Assembly (NCBI GenBank): GCA_947629315.1
Contig: CANRDB010000003.1
Location: 1,718-65,717 of the forward strand
Direction of reading: 5' to 3'
DNA: 64,000 nt
Source of the DNA: an uncultured Bacilli bacterium
GTDB taxonomy: Bacteria > Bacillota_I > Bacilli_A > RF39 > UBA660
Below the pieces are notes generated by a model, which saw nothing but the letters and a program-made list of their open reading frames with translations, was not told where the DNA came from and did no database searches. Shown one piece after another: positions 30,538-39,596 of the stretch. A program made the position numbers and the translations under genes. Position 1 is the stretch's first letter. Each line of letters starts with the position of its first letter.

Positions 30538-30758
30538 TTTACGTTCTCCTTTTTGATAACTGGGTCATATCCGCTCGTGCCCCATGGGTTACATCGACAT
30601 ATTCTTTTTAATGTTAACAGACTCCCTTTAAAGGCACCATATTCCTCCAATGCCTCTATACCATAGTTAGAGCAAGTAGGAATGTGCCGGCAATAATCAT
30701 GCCAAGGACCTGGAATGTTTTGATAAATTTTAATGATACCAATTAAAATATGTTTCAT
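30534..30758 (-). CDS. yidD: Membrane protein insertion efficiency factor YidD
   Basis: '[37 protein letters not shown]' is the YidD signature. Overlaps the downstream gene by 4 nt. Confidence 0.9.
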   Translation of the reverse strand: MKHILIGIIKIYQNIPGPWHDYCRHIPTCSNYGIEALEEYGAFKGSLLTLKRICRCNPWGTSGYDPVIKKENVK

Positions 30759-30859
30759 ATTTACACCAAAAACATTATACTAAAAAATACTAAAAAAGTA
30801 AAACATAAAACTATTTTTTTGATATAATAAAAAAGAGAGATAGGAAAGGAAGAGAAAAT

Positions 30860-31525
30860 ATGGAAATACTAGAAAAGTTAGCGATTCCGTATCATAATGA
30901 GAAAATTTATCGGAAAGCTTTCACTCATACTTCTTATGCTCATGAAGAGGGCGTTGATAGTTATGAGAGATTAGAATACTTAGGGGATGCTGTATTAGAA
31001 CTTATTATGAGTGAATATTTATATAAAAATACTGATGAACCAGAAGGTAAGATGACGAAATTAAGAAGTTATTATGTATGCGAGAATGCGTTATATGAAT
31101 ATTCTATCTTATTAGGCTTGAATGAGGAACTTCTTCTTGGAAAAGGGGAACTAGAACGAGATGGAAAACACAATCGTGCGATTGTAGCTGATATTTTTGA
31201 GTCATTTATTGGAGCTATGTTTTTAGACTGTGGTTTAGAACAAGTAAGAAGTTTTATTTATCAGCATATTATTCCTCTTATTGAAAACAAGAGTATTGAT
31301 TTTATAAATGACTATAAATCAGTATTGCAGGAATTAGTTCAAACGGATAAAAAGAGTTTAGAATATGTGATTGTTGATGAGAAAGGTCCTGCCCATGATA
31401 AAGAGTTCAGTGTTGTTGTGAAAATCGATAACATTGTCTATGGAGAAGGAACCGCTCATAGCAAGAAAGAGGCAGAACAGTTAGCGGCTAAAGATGCTCT
31501 TCAAAAAGCACAAAATACATTATAA
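30860..31525 (+). CDS. rnc: Ribonuclease III
   Basis: 'ERLEYLGDAVLEL' catalytic signature and a C-terminal dsRBD ('GPAHDKEF...GEGTAHSKKEAEQLAA'). Confidence 0.93.
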   Translation: MEILEKLAIPYHNEKIYRKAFTHTSYAHEEGVDSYERLEYLGDAVLELIMSEYLYKNTDEPEGKMTKLRSYYVCENALYEYSILLGLNEELLLGKGELERDGKHNRAIVADIFESFIGAMFLDCGLEQVRSFIYQHIIPLIENKSIDFINDYKSVLQELVQTDKKSLEYVIVDEKGPAHDKEFSVVVKIDNIVYGEGTAHSKKEAEQLAAKDALQKAQNTL

Positions 31526-31589
31526 AGCATCTTTTTGTTGAGGAATATAAGGTTCTGTGTTAAAATAGTTACGAGAAAGGGAGTGTAAC

Positions 31590-32303
31590 ATGGGAAGATT
31601 TCCTAATATAGCGGCAGCAAAGGCAAAATCTGGTGCTGCGCGTGGTAAACTGTATGGAATGTATGCAAAAGAAATTTATCAAACAGCAAAGACAGGTGGT
31701 GTAACTCCAGAAGGTAATCCTAATTTAAAAAGATTAATTGAAAAAGCAAAAAAAGAACAAGTGCCAGCAGATGTAATCAAAAGAGCGATTGATAAAGTCA
31801 GTAGTGGAGTAGGAGAAGATTATGAAACTCTTACGTATGAAGTTTTTGGACCTGCCGGTTCTACTCTTATGGTAAAATGCTTAACGGATAATGTGAATCG
31901 AAGTGTCAGTGACTTACGTGCTGTCATCAATAAATGTCATGTGAAAATGGGAGCTATGGGAAGCGTAGCCTATATGTATGATAATTTATGTATTGTCGGT
32001 TTTGAAGGTTTAAGTGAAGATGAAGTAATGGAAGCCCTTATTCAAGAGGGAGTAGATTTCCAAGATTTAGAAGTAGAGGATGGAACAGTCATGATTTATG
32101 GAAATCCTCAAGATTTATTTAAAATTAAAACGGCTATTACCAATGTATTACCTAATGTAGAATTTACTGTCGATGAGATTTCTCTTTTACCAAAGGAAAG
32201 AATTACTTTGGAGGGAGAAGCCTTAGAGGAATTTAATCGTCTACTTACTTTATTAGATGAAGTAGATGATGTTCAAAATGTTTATCACAATGTCGAACTA
32301 TAG
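31590..32303 (+). CDS. YebC/PmpR (YeeN-type) family DNA-binding regulator
   Basis: 237 aa. 'NPNLKRLIEKAKKEQVPADVIKRAI', 'YEVFGPAG' and 'DDVQNVYHNVE' family blocks. Confidence 0.88.
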   Translation: MGRFPNIAAAKAKSGAARGKLYGMYAKEIYQTAKTGGVTPEGNPNLKRLIEKAKKEQVPADVIKRAIDKVSSGVGEDYETLTYEVFGPAGSTLMVKCLTDNVNRSVSDLRAVINKCHVKMGAMGSVAYMYDNLCIVGFEGLSEDEVMEALIQEGVDFQDLEVEDGTVMIYGNPQDLFKIKTAITNVLPNVEFTVDEISLLPKERITLEGEALEEFNRLLTLLDEVDDVQNVYHNVEL

Positions 32304-32320
32304 ATTTCCTATAGTTTTTT
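32296..32320 (+). terminator. Intrinsic terminator after the yebC-family gene
   Basis: Stem AACTATAG/CTATAGTT (contains the stop codon), 5-nt loop, TTTT. Confidence 0.75.
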
Positions 32321-32386
32321 GATTCCCATAAATTTTATTTTCAAATAAGAAAATTCATGTTATAATGATAAAGGAGGATAGAGAAA

Positions 32387-33488
32387 ATGGAACTGAATGA
32401 ATTAATCAGTATGTATCAATCCTATCAAGAACAGGTAGACGAATTATGGAGGTCTCTTTGACCCAGAACAAAAGGAGACGCGAATTCAAGAATTAGAAGA
32501 GATGATATCTAAGCCTGATTTTTGGAATAGGCAAGATACTAATCAAATCATTGAAGAATGTAATCAATTAAAAGAAGAATATGAGGGATTGAAAACTTTT
32601 AAAGATAAAGTGGAGTCCAATCGGGAGATGGCTATCTATTTAAAGGATGATTACGATGAGTCTTTAGCGCGGTCTCTCGAACAAGAATTAGAGGAAATCT
32701 CTTCTGAATTACAGACTTTTCGTTTACAACTTTTATTAAATGGACCTTATGATGACTGTGATATTATTTTAGAAATTCATCCAGGAGCAGGAGGAACAGA
32801 ATCTTGTGACTGGGCGAGTATGTTATATCGCATGTACATGCGATATTTTGAAAAAAAGAATAATAAGACAGAGTTATTGGATTATCAAAATGGAGAAGAA
32901 GCAGGCATCAAAAGTGTGTCCGTTATGGTTCATGGAAAACATTGTTATGGATACTTAAAGGGAGAGAAAGGGGTTCATCGTCTCATTCGAATTTCTCCTT
33001 TTGATGCGAATAGTAGAAGACATACTTCCTTTGCTTCTGTGGACATTACTCCGATGTATCAAAATCAAGATATTGAAATTGAAATAGCGGATAGTGATAT
33101 TCGAGTAGATGTCTATCGAAGTAGTGGAAAAGGGGGACAAGGTGTCAATACGACCGATAGCGCTGTTCGGATTACCCATTTTCCTAGTGGAATTGTCGTT
33201 ACTTGTCAAAATGAACGAAGTCAAATTCGCAATAAAGAAATTGCCATGAACGTATTAAAAAGTAAATTGTATCAAAGAGAAGTAGAAAAAAAAGAAGCGG
33301 AACTAAAAACGGTAAAAGGGGAAAATAGTGAGATTAATTTTGGTTCCCAAATTCGTACGTATACGATGCACCCTTATTCCCTTGTAAAGGATCACCGTAC
33401 CAATGTGGAAACAGGAAATGTTCAAAAAGTATTAGATGGAGATTTAGATTTATTTATTGAAGAATATCTTAAGAAAGGTGTGAAATAG
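32387..33488 (+). CDS. prfB: Peptide chain release factor 2, expressed via a programmed +1 frameshift: join(32387..32458,32460..33488)
   Basis: Frame 0 gives MELNELISMYQSYQEQVDELWRSL then TGA at 32459. Shifting +1 at CTT-T-GAC continues 'DPEQKETRIQELEEMISKPDFW...'. 'SPF' and 'GGQ' motifs lie downstream. Confidence 0.93.
32448..32462 (+). promoter_or_regulatory. prfB +1 frameshift site (internal SD GGAGG, 3-nt spacer, CTT TGA C)
   Basis: GGAGG (32448-32452), tct, CTT (32456-32458), TGA (32459-32461), C. Same architecture as the E. coli and B. subtilis prfB recoding signal. Confidence 0.9.
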
Positions 33489-34336
33489 TGAAGAAAAAAG
33501 AAAGTCGTTTCTTACACAACAGTATTCGCTATGGGGAATTTATCTTAGGAGTCTTATTAGCGGCACTGGCTTACAATTTCTTTTTCTTGCCTCATAATAT
33601 TACGTATGGGGTTGGTGGAATTGGTATTATTTTAAAAAAACTATATGGATTACAGCCATCGACTGTTATTTTAATAGGGGATATTATTTTATTAATTCTC
33701 AGTTTTTTATTACTGGGAAAGGATAGTACGAGAAATACGATTGTTGGTTCTTTGCTCTATCCATTATTCGTTCGATTGACCGCACCTCTTCCTGACATGC
33801 TCCCACTAGGAGAGATGGATTTGCTTTTAGAAATCCTATGTGGAGCAATTGTGGATGGAGTCGGTTTAGGATTGGTTTTCAAAGCCGGTTTTACGACAGG
33901 AGGAACGGATATCTTAAATCATATTGTTAGTAAATATGGAAAGATGAACGTAGGAAAGGCCATGTTATATACAGATGGTATTATTATCTTGATTGCCTGC
34001 TTGGTATTTGATTTTCCAACGTTAGTATATTCTCTTATCAGCTTATATATTATTAGTGTTCTTACGGATAAAGTAGTATTGGGGATTTCTCAATCGAAGG
34101 CTTTCTATGTCATTACCGAAGAGGAAACAAGTGTGAAGAAGTTTATTATGAACTCTATGGCACATGGTGTGACAGTTTTAGATGGTAGAGGAGGATATAC
34201 TGGAGACTTTAAAAAAGTCATTATGTGTATTATTCCTACTAGTCAGTATTATGCATTAAAAGAAGGAATTAAAAAGATTGATAAGAATGCCTTTTTCGTA
34301 GTAACTGATGCTTATGAAGTATCAGGAGGGGCATAG
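33488..34336 (+). CDS. YitT family membrane protein (DUF2179 C-terminal domain)
   Basis: GTG overlaps the prfB TAG. Multi-TM 'GVGGIGIIL' and 'GFTTGGTDIL' motifs and a C-terminal 'GVTVLDGRGGYTG' DUF2179-like domain. Confidence 0.85.
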   Translation: MKKKESRFLHNSIRYGEFILGVLLAALAYNFFFLPHNITYGVGGIGIILKKLYGLQPSTVILIGDIILLILSFLLLGKDSTRNTIVGSLLYPLFVRLTAPLPDMLPLGEMDLLLEILCGAIVDGVGLGLVFKAGFTTGGTDILNHIVSKYGKMNVGKAMLYTDGIIILIACLVFDFPTLVYSLISLYIISVLTDKVVLGISQSKAFYVITEEETSVKKFIMNSMAHGVTVLDGRGGYTGDFKKVIMCIIPTSQYYALKEGIKKIDKNAFFVVTDAYEVSGGA

Positions 34337-34352
34337 ACGAAAGGAGTTAGCT

Positions 34353-35048
34353 ATGGAACTAATTAGAATGCGACATGTTCACAAAGTGTATAAGAATGGT
34401 GTAACGGCTATTCATGATTTAGATTTAGCTATCAAAAAGGGTGAGTTTGTCTTTATTATTGGTGCGACAGGGTGTGGAAAATCTAGTTTAATTAAAATGT
34501 TATATCGTGAGGAACGACCTAATGATGGACAAATTTTAGTAGGTGGTATTGATGTCGCTAAAATTAAAAATAGAAAGATTTATAAGATTAGAAGAAAATT
34601 AGGAGTAGTTTTCCAAGACTTTAAATTATTACCAAAATTGACGGTCTATGAAAATGTTGCTTTCGCACTAGAGATATTTGGATTACCAAAGAGTGAAATC
34701 TATAATAAGGTAGTGAAAGTATTGGACCTAGTTGGTTTAAAAAATAAAGCAAAACAGTATCCTACCCAGTTATCCGGTGGAGAACAACAGAGAGTAGCGA
34801 TTGCCCGTGCCATTGTCAATGGCCCAAAAATTTTAATTTGTGATGAGCCAACTGGAAATCTAGATGAGAAAACCAGTATGGAAATTATGGCTGTTTTGGA
34901 GGCTATCAATAAGTTAGGAACGACCGTTATTATGGTTACTCATGATACGGAAATTGTCAATAAAATGAAGAAGAGAGTTATCGAGTTAGATTCGGGAAGA
35001 ATTTTAAGAGAATATGCAGAGGGGGAATATGTTCATGAAGTTAGTTAG
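34353..35048 (+). CDS. ftsE: Cell division ATP-binding protein FtsE
   Basis: Trimmed to the ATG at 34353 (AAGGAG upstream). Walker A 'GATGCGKSS', 'LSGGEQQR', Walker B 'ILICDEPTGNLD'. Confidence 0.93.
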   Translation: MELIRMRHVHKVYKNGVTAIHDLDLAIKKGEFVFIIGATGCGKSSLIKMLYREERPNDGQILVGGIDVAKIKNRKIYKIRRKLGVVFQDFKLLPKLTVYENVAFALEIFGLPKSEIYNKVVKVLDLVGLKNKAKQYPTQLSGGEQQRVAIARAIVNGPKILICDEPTGNLDEKTSMEIMAVLEAINKLGTTVIMVTHDTEIVNKMKKRVIELDSGRILREYAEGEYVHEVS

Positions 35049-35949
35049 AATTTTAATGAGAAATATTCGTGACTCTTTTAAAAGTATTGTCAGAAATTTT
35101 TCTCTTTCCTTTGCTTCCATCAGTTGTATTACGATTACTCTCATTGTGGTAACCATTGCGATGATTCTTTCTGAGAATGTTCATGAAATGACGAAAAAGA
35201 TTGAAGCCGATGTTACCATCGTAGCTTTCTTAAATGTCGATGTAACACAAGAGAGAATTGAAGAGATTGGTAATGAAATTCGTGCTCTTCCAAATATTCA
35301 ACCAGGTTCCCAAGGACTTCAGTTAGATGACAAAGAAAAACTTCGTCAAGATATGATGGAGGCCTCTGATACGTATAAAGATATTTTAAAGAATTGGGAA
35401 AATCGTGAAGATAACCATTTGAAAGATGCTTATCGTATCAAAGTTGTCGATATTGAGAAAATTAAGGAAACTGCTGATGCGATTCGAAATATTGAAGGAG
35501 TAGAAGTCGTTCAAGATAGTGAAGAGATGATTCACCAATTGATTAGTGTCTTTGATGTTATTACAAAAGGTACCTATATTATTGTGATTGCTCTTATTTT
35601 AGTAACTGCCTTTTTGATCACGAATACTATTAAAATTACTATTTTTTCAAGAAAAAGAGAAATTGATATTATGCGATTAGTGGGTGCTTCTAATATGAAC
35701 ATTAAAATTCCATTTATCTTTGAGGGATTATTATTAGGAATTTTAGGTTCTGTGATTCCTATCATCATTACAATTTATGGCTACTCTACTATCTATACTT
35801 CTTTCAAAGGAAAAGTATTTGGAAATATCATTCAGTTAGTAGAACCACAACCATTTGTTTACTACGTATCTTTAGTTCTAATGGGAATTGGTATTATCGT
35901 TGGTATGTTTGGTTCTTGGCGAGCTGTCCGAAAACATTTAAAAATATAA
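35035..35949 (+). CDS. ftsX: Cell division permease-like protein FtsX
   Basis: Trimmed to the ATG at 35035, overlapping the ftsE 3' end. N-terminal TM, large extracytoplasmic loop, three C-terminal TMs with 'REIDIMRLVGAS'. Confidence 0.88.
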   Translation: MKLVRILMRNIRDSFKSIVRNFSLSFASISCITITLIVVTIAMILSENVHEMTKKIEADVTIVAFLNVDVTQERIEEIGNEIRALPNIQPGSQGLQLDDKEKLRQDMMEASDTYKDILKNWENREDNHLKDAYRIKVVDIEKIKETADAIRNIEGVEVVQDSEEMIHQLISVFDVITKGTYIIVIALILVTAFLITNTIKITIFSRKREIDIMRLVGASNMNIKIPFIFEGLLLGILGSVIPIIITIYGYSTIYTSFKGKVFGNIIQLVEPQPFVYYVSLVLMGIGIIVGMFGSWRAVRKHLKI

Positions 35950-35950
35950 A

Positions 35951-35978
35951 AAAGTACTATCTACGGATAGTATTTTTT
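35951..35978. terminator. Bidirectional terminator between ftsX (+) and the CBS gene (-)
   Basis: Stem TACTATC/GATAGTA, extendable through the flanking A and T runs, with a 4-nt loop. Confidence 0.7.
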
Positions 35979-36450
35979 ATAGTTCAAATTCATCTACTTC
36001 TGCTTGTGGAATATCAATATCATTCGTTAGAATAGCGGCATCAAACGGTTGAAAAATTTCCGTTACGTATTCTAAAATATCGGTATCCTCTATGACACTT
36101 AAAATGTCGGAAAGAGAGACTAATCCCACAATTTTTTTATTTTCTTCGACCATTAATCGTTTTACTTTTTCATCTGCCATGACCGCTAACGCATTTTCTA
36201 ATTCTGTATCACTAGAGACACTAATTACAAAATTCGTCATATATGGCTCTAATGGTTCTTTGTAATCCTTCCCGTTCGCAATTGCCCGGATGACGATATC
36301 TCGATCGGTAATGACCCCGATAAAATCATCCTTTTGTTGGATAGGTACAAATCCAATGTCGTATTGACTCATGATGGAACTTACTTCTTTTAAGGTAGTT
36401 TCTGGATTAGCGACTACCATATCTCTTGTCATAATATCTTTGATTTTCAT
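35977..36450 (-). CDS. CBS domain pair protein
   Basis: 'IKDIMTRDMVVANPETTLKEVSSIM....IGFVPI' and a second CBS repeat '...KRLMVEENKKIVGLVSLSDIL'. Confidence 0.85.
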   Translation of the reverse strand: MKIKDIMTRDMVVANPETTLKEVSSIMSQYDIGFVPIQQKDDFIGVITDRDIVIRAIANGKDYKEPLEPYMTNFVISVSSDTELENALAVMADEKVKRLMVEENKKIVGLVSLSDILSVIEDTDILEYVTEIFQPFDAAILTNDIDIPQAEVDEFEL

Positions 36451-36524
36451 GTTATCACCATTTTTAATATGTGCTTATCCCTCATCCTTATACATTTTCT
36501 TTTGAAAATATAATACAATTTAGT

Positions 36525-37244
36525 ATGAGAAGAACTTGGAAACGAAAACTAGGGATATTTCTAGCAATGTTCATGTTATGTATGTTTTTCGTGTTTCGAT
36601 TGTTGTCTCGTCGTGTTTTTCCCATATTACTAGGATACGCTAGTCAAAAATCGGATAAGTTAGCTACTCTTATCATTAATGATGCTATTAGTAAACAAGT
36701 CGTAGAAGGTCTTACAATGGATAATTTATTTCTGCTTACCCATAATGAACAAGGAGAAATTGTCAGTATTGATTTTAATCCGATTATTGTCAACAAGATA
36801 TTGGCGACTTCGACCAATGCCATTGAAACAAGTTTACGTTATATTGAAGAAGGGAGAATTGAAGAATTAGATTTATCAGATAATTTAAAATTAGAATATG
36901 AAGATCGTAAGCATAAAGGAATTTTTTATGAAGTACCTCTCGGTATCTTTTTTCACAATCCCTTTTTAGAAAATCTTGGTCCCAAAATTCCTGTTCAAAT
37001 TCAATTAGTAGGTTCCATTTTAAGTAATGTAGAAACAAAGATTACCAACTACGGCATCAATAATGCGATGATTGAGGTCTATGTACATATTGAAGTTACT
37101 TTACAAGTGATTTTGCCTTTTGTCTCGGAGAATAGAAAGGTGGATACTCTCATTCCGATTGCTATGAAGTTAGTACGAGGAAATGTTCCAGATTATTACG
37201 GAGGAAGTCTATCTAGTCCTATTTTATCTTTACCAGTCTCTTAA
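36525..37244 (+). CDS. yunB: Sporulation protein YunB
   Basis: Trimmed to the ATG at 36525 (no clear SD; the GTG at 36471 is an alternative). 'NLGPKIPVQIQLVGSILSNVETKITNYGINNAMIEVYVHIEV..QVILPF' closely follows the YunB family block. Confidence 0.8.
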   Translation: MRRTWKRKLGIFLAMFMLCMFFVFRLLSRRVFPILLGYASQKSDKLATLIINDAISKQVVEGLTMDNLFLLTHNEQGEIVSIDFNPIIVNKILATSTNAIETSLRYIEEGRIEELDLSDNLKLEYEDRKHKGIFYEVPLGIFFHNPFLENLGPKIPVQIQLVGSILSNVETKITNYGINNAMIEVYVHIEVTLQVILPFVSENRKVDTLIPIAMKLVRGNVPDYYGGSLSSPILSLPVS

Positions 37245-37295
37245 AACTTTATGGAATTTCCTTTTTATGGTATACTACTAATAGAGGTGCATAGC

Positions 37296-38963
37296 ATGAA
37301 AGGGAAAGTTATGATATTGGTTGTACTGATTTTGACTGGATGTCTATTAGGTGGTTTTCTTCTTATGAAAAAGGATTCTACCGAAGAGTTAGAAACCTTT
37401 TATATCGCGGCGACTACGAAAGAATTAGTTGTCAAAGATGAAGAAGAACATGACCAACTATTCGTGCGGGGGTTGGCGGTACAACTCGTCGAGAAAGATG
37501 TTTTATTGGGAGAAGAAACATACGATCAAGTAAAAGTAGACGATAAGATTTACTATGTTCCCTCTTCTCATTTAGTATCGAAAAGAGAGGATACTGTGTT
37601 AGAGAAAGAATTGTTCGTACGAACCTCTGCCACAGTTTATAAAGAACCGGATAGTATAAAGATTCAAGGATTTTTAAAAAAGGGTTCGAAAGTAGAAATC
37701 CTAGGATATGTTCATTTGAAGGACGATGGCAGTGTTGACAAGTATAAAATCCAGTATGAGGGAAAAGAGGCCTATATTCGTTCTACTTATCTAGTGGAAA
37801 CGAAAGAAGAAGCCGAAGCGGTCTATGATGCCCAGGGAAGCTATTTAACTCATCAAAAAATGGGTGTTACTAAAGGAGGAGATGCTTCCCAGTTAGATTA
37901 TTATCCTGTCAGCAAAGAGAAATTTTCCTCTAATCCGATGCCAGAAGAAGTAAGGGCACTTTACTTAAATGCGACAGTCTTAACCAAGTTGGAGGATTAT
38001 ATTACGCTTGCGAAAGAGAGCAATATTAATGCCTTTGTTGTAGATATTAAAGAAAATACGGTACCTGCTTATGAAGCAGATGCTATGCAAGAATATTCTA
38101 AGACAAATTATGAACGAGCTCTTTATACCAAAGAAGAATATAAGGAATTTATTCAGAAATTAAAAGAGAATGGTTTTTATGTGATAGGACGTATCAGTAC
38201 CTTTAAAGACTCCTATTATGCCCAAGACCATCCTGAAGAGACAATTCACAATAAAACGACGAATACGCCTTTGAAACATAACAATTCCTATTGGCCAAGT
38301 GCCTATCAAAGAGGAGTTTGGGAGTTTAATGTCGCTTTAGCGGTAGAATCTGTTCGTGATATTGGTTTTCACGAAATTCAATTTGACTACGTTCGGTTTC
38401 CTGATCAGACAGGTACTTTAGAAAATGCCGGAACGATTGATTTTAAAAATGACTATCAAGAATCGAAAGCACAAGCAATCCAAGCGTTCGTCATGTATGC
38501 AGCTGATGAACTTCATGAATATGAAGCCTATATTTCAGTAGATGTATTTGGGGAATCTGCCCATGATTATGTAGCGTCTTATGGTCAATATTGGCCAGCT
38601 ATTTCTAATGTGGTAGATGTGATTAGTGGAATGCCATATCCCGATCATTTTAATCCTCACGAATATGGTATTAATAGTGTCTATGTATGGCAGGACCCTT
38701 ATGCTGTACTTTGTGCATGGGGAGCTTATGCGAAAGGAAAGCAAGACTTAATTCCGACACCTGCTATCGCTCGAACATGGATACAGGCATATGATACGAC
38801 AAAAACACCATCGGTAAAATATGATGCGAATAAAGTAGGGGAAGAAATTAGAGGACTTTATTCCCAAGGATTAACTGGTGGCTATATGACATGGAACTCT
38901 GGTTCTAGTCTCACAAAATATAAAGAAATTGCAGGAGCATTTAAAAGAGGTTATGTAAGATGA
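37296..38963 (+). CDS. Lipoprotein with an SH3b-like domain and a DUF4015-type putative glycoside-hydrolase TIM barrel
   Basis: Trimmed to the ATG at 37296 (AGAGGTG RBS). Lipobox 'LILTGC'. SH3b-like 'VRTSATVYKEPDS..IQGFLKKGSKVEILG'. 'NAFVVDIKE' and 'HEIQFDYVRFPD' are typical of DUF4015. Confidence 0.72.
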   Translation: MKGKVMILVVLILTGCLLGGFLLMKKDSTEELETFYIAATTKELVVKDEEEHDQLFVRGLAVQLVEKDVLLGEETYDQVKVDDKIYYVPSSHLVSKREDTVLEKELFVRTSATVYKEPDSIKIQGFLKKGSKVEILGYVHLKDDGSVDKYKIQYEGKEAYIRSTYLVETKEEAEAVYDAQGSYLTHQKMGVTKGGDASQLDYYPVSKEKFSSNPMPEEVRALYLNATVLTKLEDYITLAKESNINAFVVDIKENTVPAYEADAMQEYSKTNYERALYTKEEYKEFIQKLKENGFYVIGRISTFKDSYYAQDHPEETIHNKTTNTPLKHNNSYWPSAYQRGVWEFNVALAVESVRDIGFHEIQFDYVRFPDQTGTLENAGTIDFKNDYQESKAQAIQAFVMYAADELHEYEAYISVDVFGESAHDYVASYGQYWPAISNVVDVISGMPYPDHFNPHEYGINSVYVWQDPYAVLCAWGAYAKGKQDLIPTPAIARTWIQAYDTTKTPSVKYDANKVGEEIRGLYSQGLTGGYMTWNSGSSLTKYKEIAGAFKRGYVR

Positions 38964-39277
38964 TAATAAAGTTAGAAGATACAGAATGGAAATTAGAAGA
39001 AGAGTATAAAAATGGGTTTGATTTAGAAGCATTAAAAAGTCGATATACAGACTATTTTGAACCCTATGACTATATTTTAGGGGATTGGTCATATGGAAAG
39101 TTACGATTAAAAGGCTTTTGTAAAAAAGTAAATAAAATTTGTAACAAAGGGAATGATATCAAATTTAAGGATGATTATATTCGTGATTTATGCAGTTATG
39201 AATGTAAATGGTTTTTAATTAGTAAGGTAAAAAAAGAGAAAGTAGAAAAAAAGAAGGAAGAACAAAAAAAGGCTTAA
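38960..39277 (+). CDS. yutD: YutD-like protein (DUF1027)
   Basis: ATGA overlap with the upstream gene. 'YDYILGDWSYGKLRLKGF' matches the YutD core motif as I recall it. Confidence 0.7.
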   Translation: MIIKLEDTEWKLEEEYKNGFDLEALKSRYTDYFEPYDYILGDWSYGKLRLKGFCKKVNKICNKGNDIKFKDDYIRDLCSYECKWFLISKVKKEKVEKKKEEQKKA

Positions 39278-39338
39278 GAGGAATTGCAAATAAGCCTTTT
39301 TCATGTTATAATATTTTTTGTACAGTAGGAGGATAAAA

Positions 39339-39596
39339 ATGGAAAAAGAAATGATTAAAATCGTTGATGTGGATGGTGTGGAACGCGAGGTAGAATTAGT
39401 ATCTATCTTGGAAGGAAAAGATGAAAAGGGTAAATATTTAGTCTATACAAAAGGAGAAACACAAAAGAGTGGAAATAAGATTTTGTATATTGCTAAAATT
39501 ATTGTTGGCAAAGAGGGATATGTGCTTAGAAATATAACAGATGATGATGAGTGGATGGATGTTAAAAAATTAATGAGTGAGATTGTGAGTAATTAG
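39339..39596 (+). CDS. Small DUF1292-like protein (85 aa)
   Basis: Trimmed to the ATG at 39339 (AGGAGG RBS). Pattern 'I.IVDVDGVEREVELVSIL...GKYLVY....ILYIAKI' resembles DUF1292. Weak call. Confidence 0.55.
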   Translation: MEKEMIKIVDVDGVEREVELVSILEGKDEKGKYLVYTKGETQKSGNKILYIAKIIVGKEGYVLRNITDDDEWMDVKKLMSEIVSN

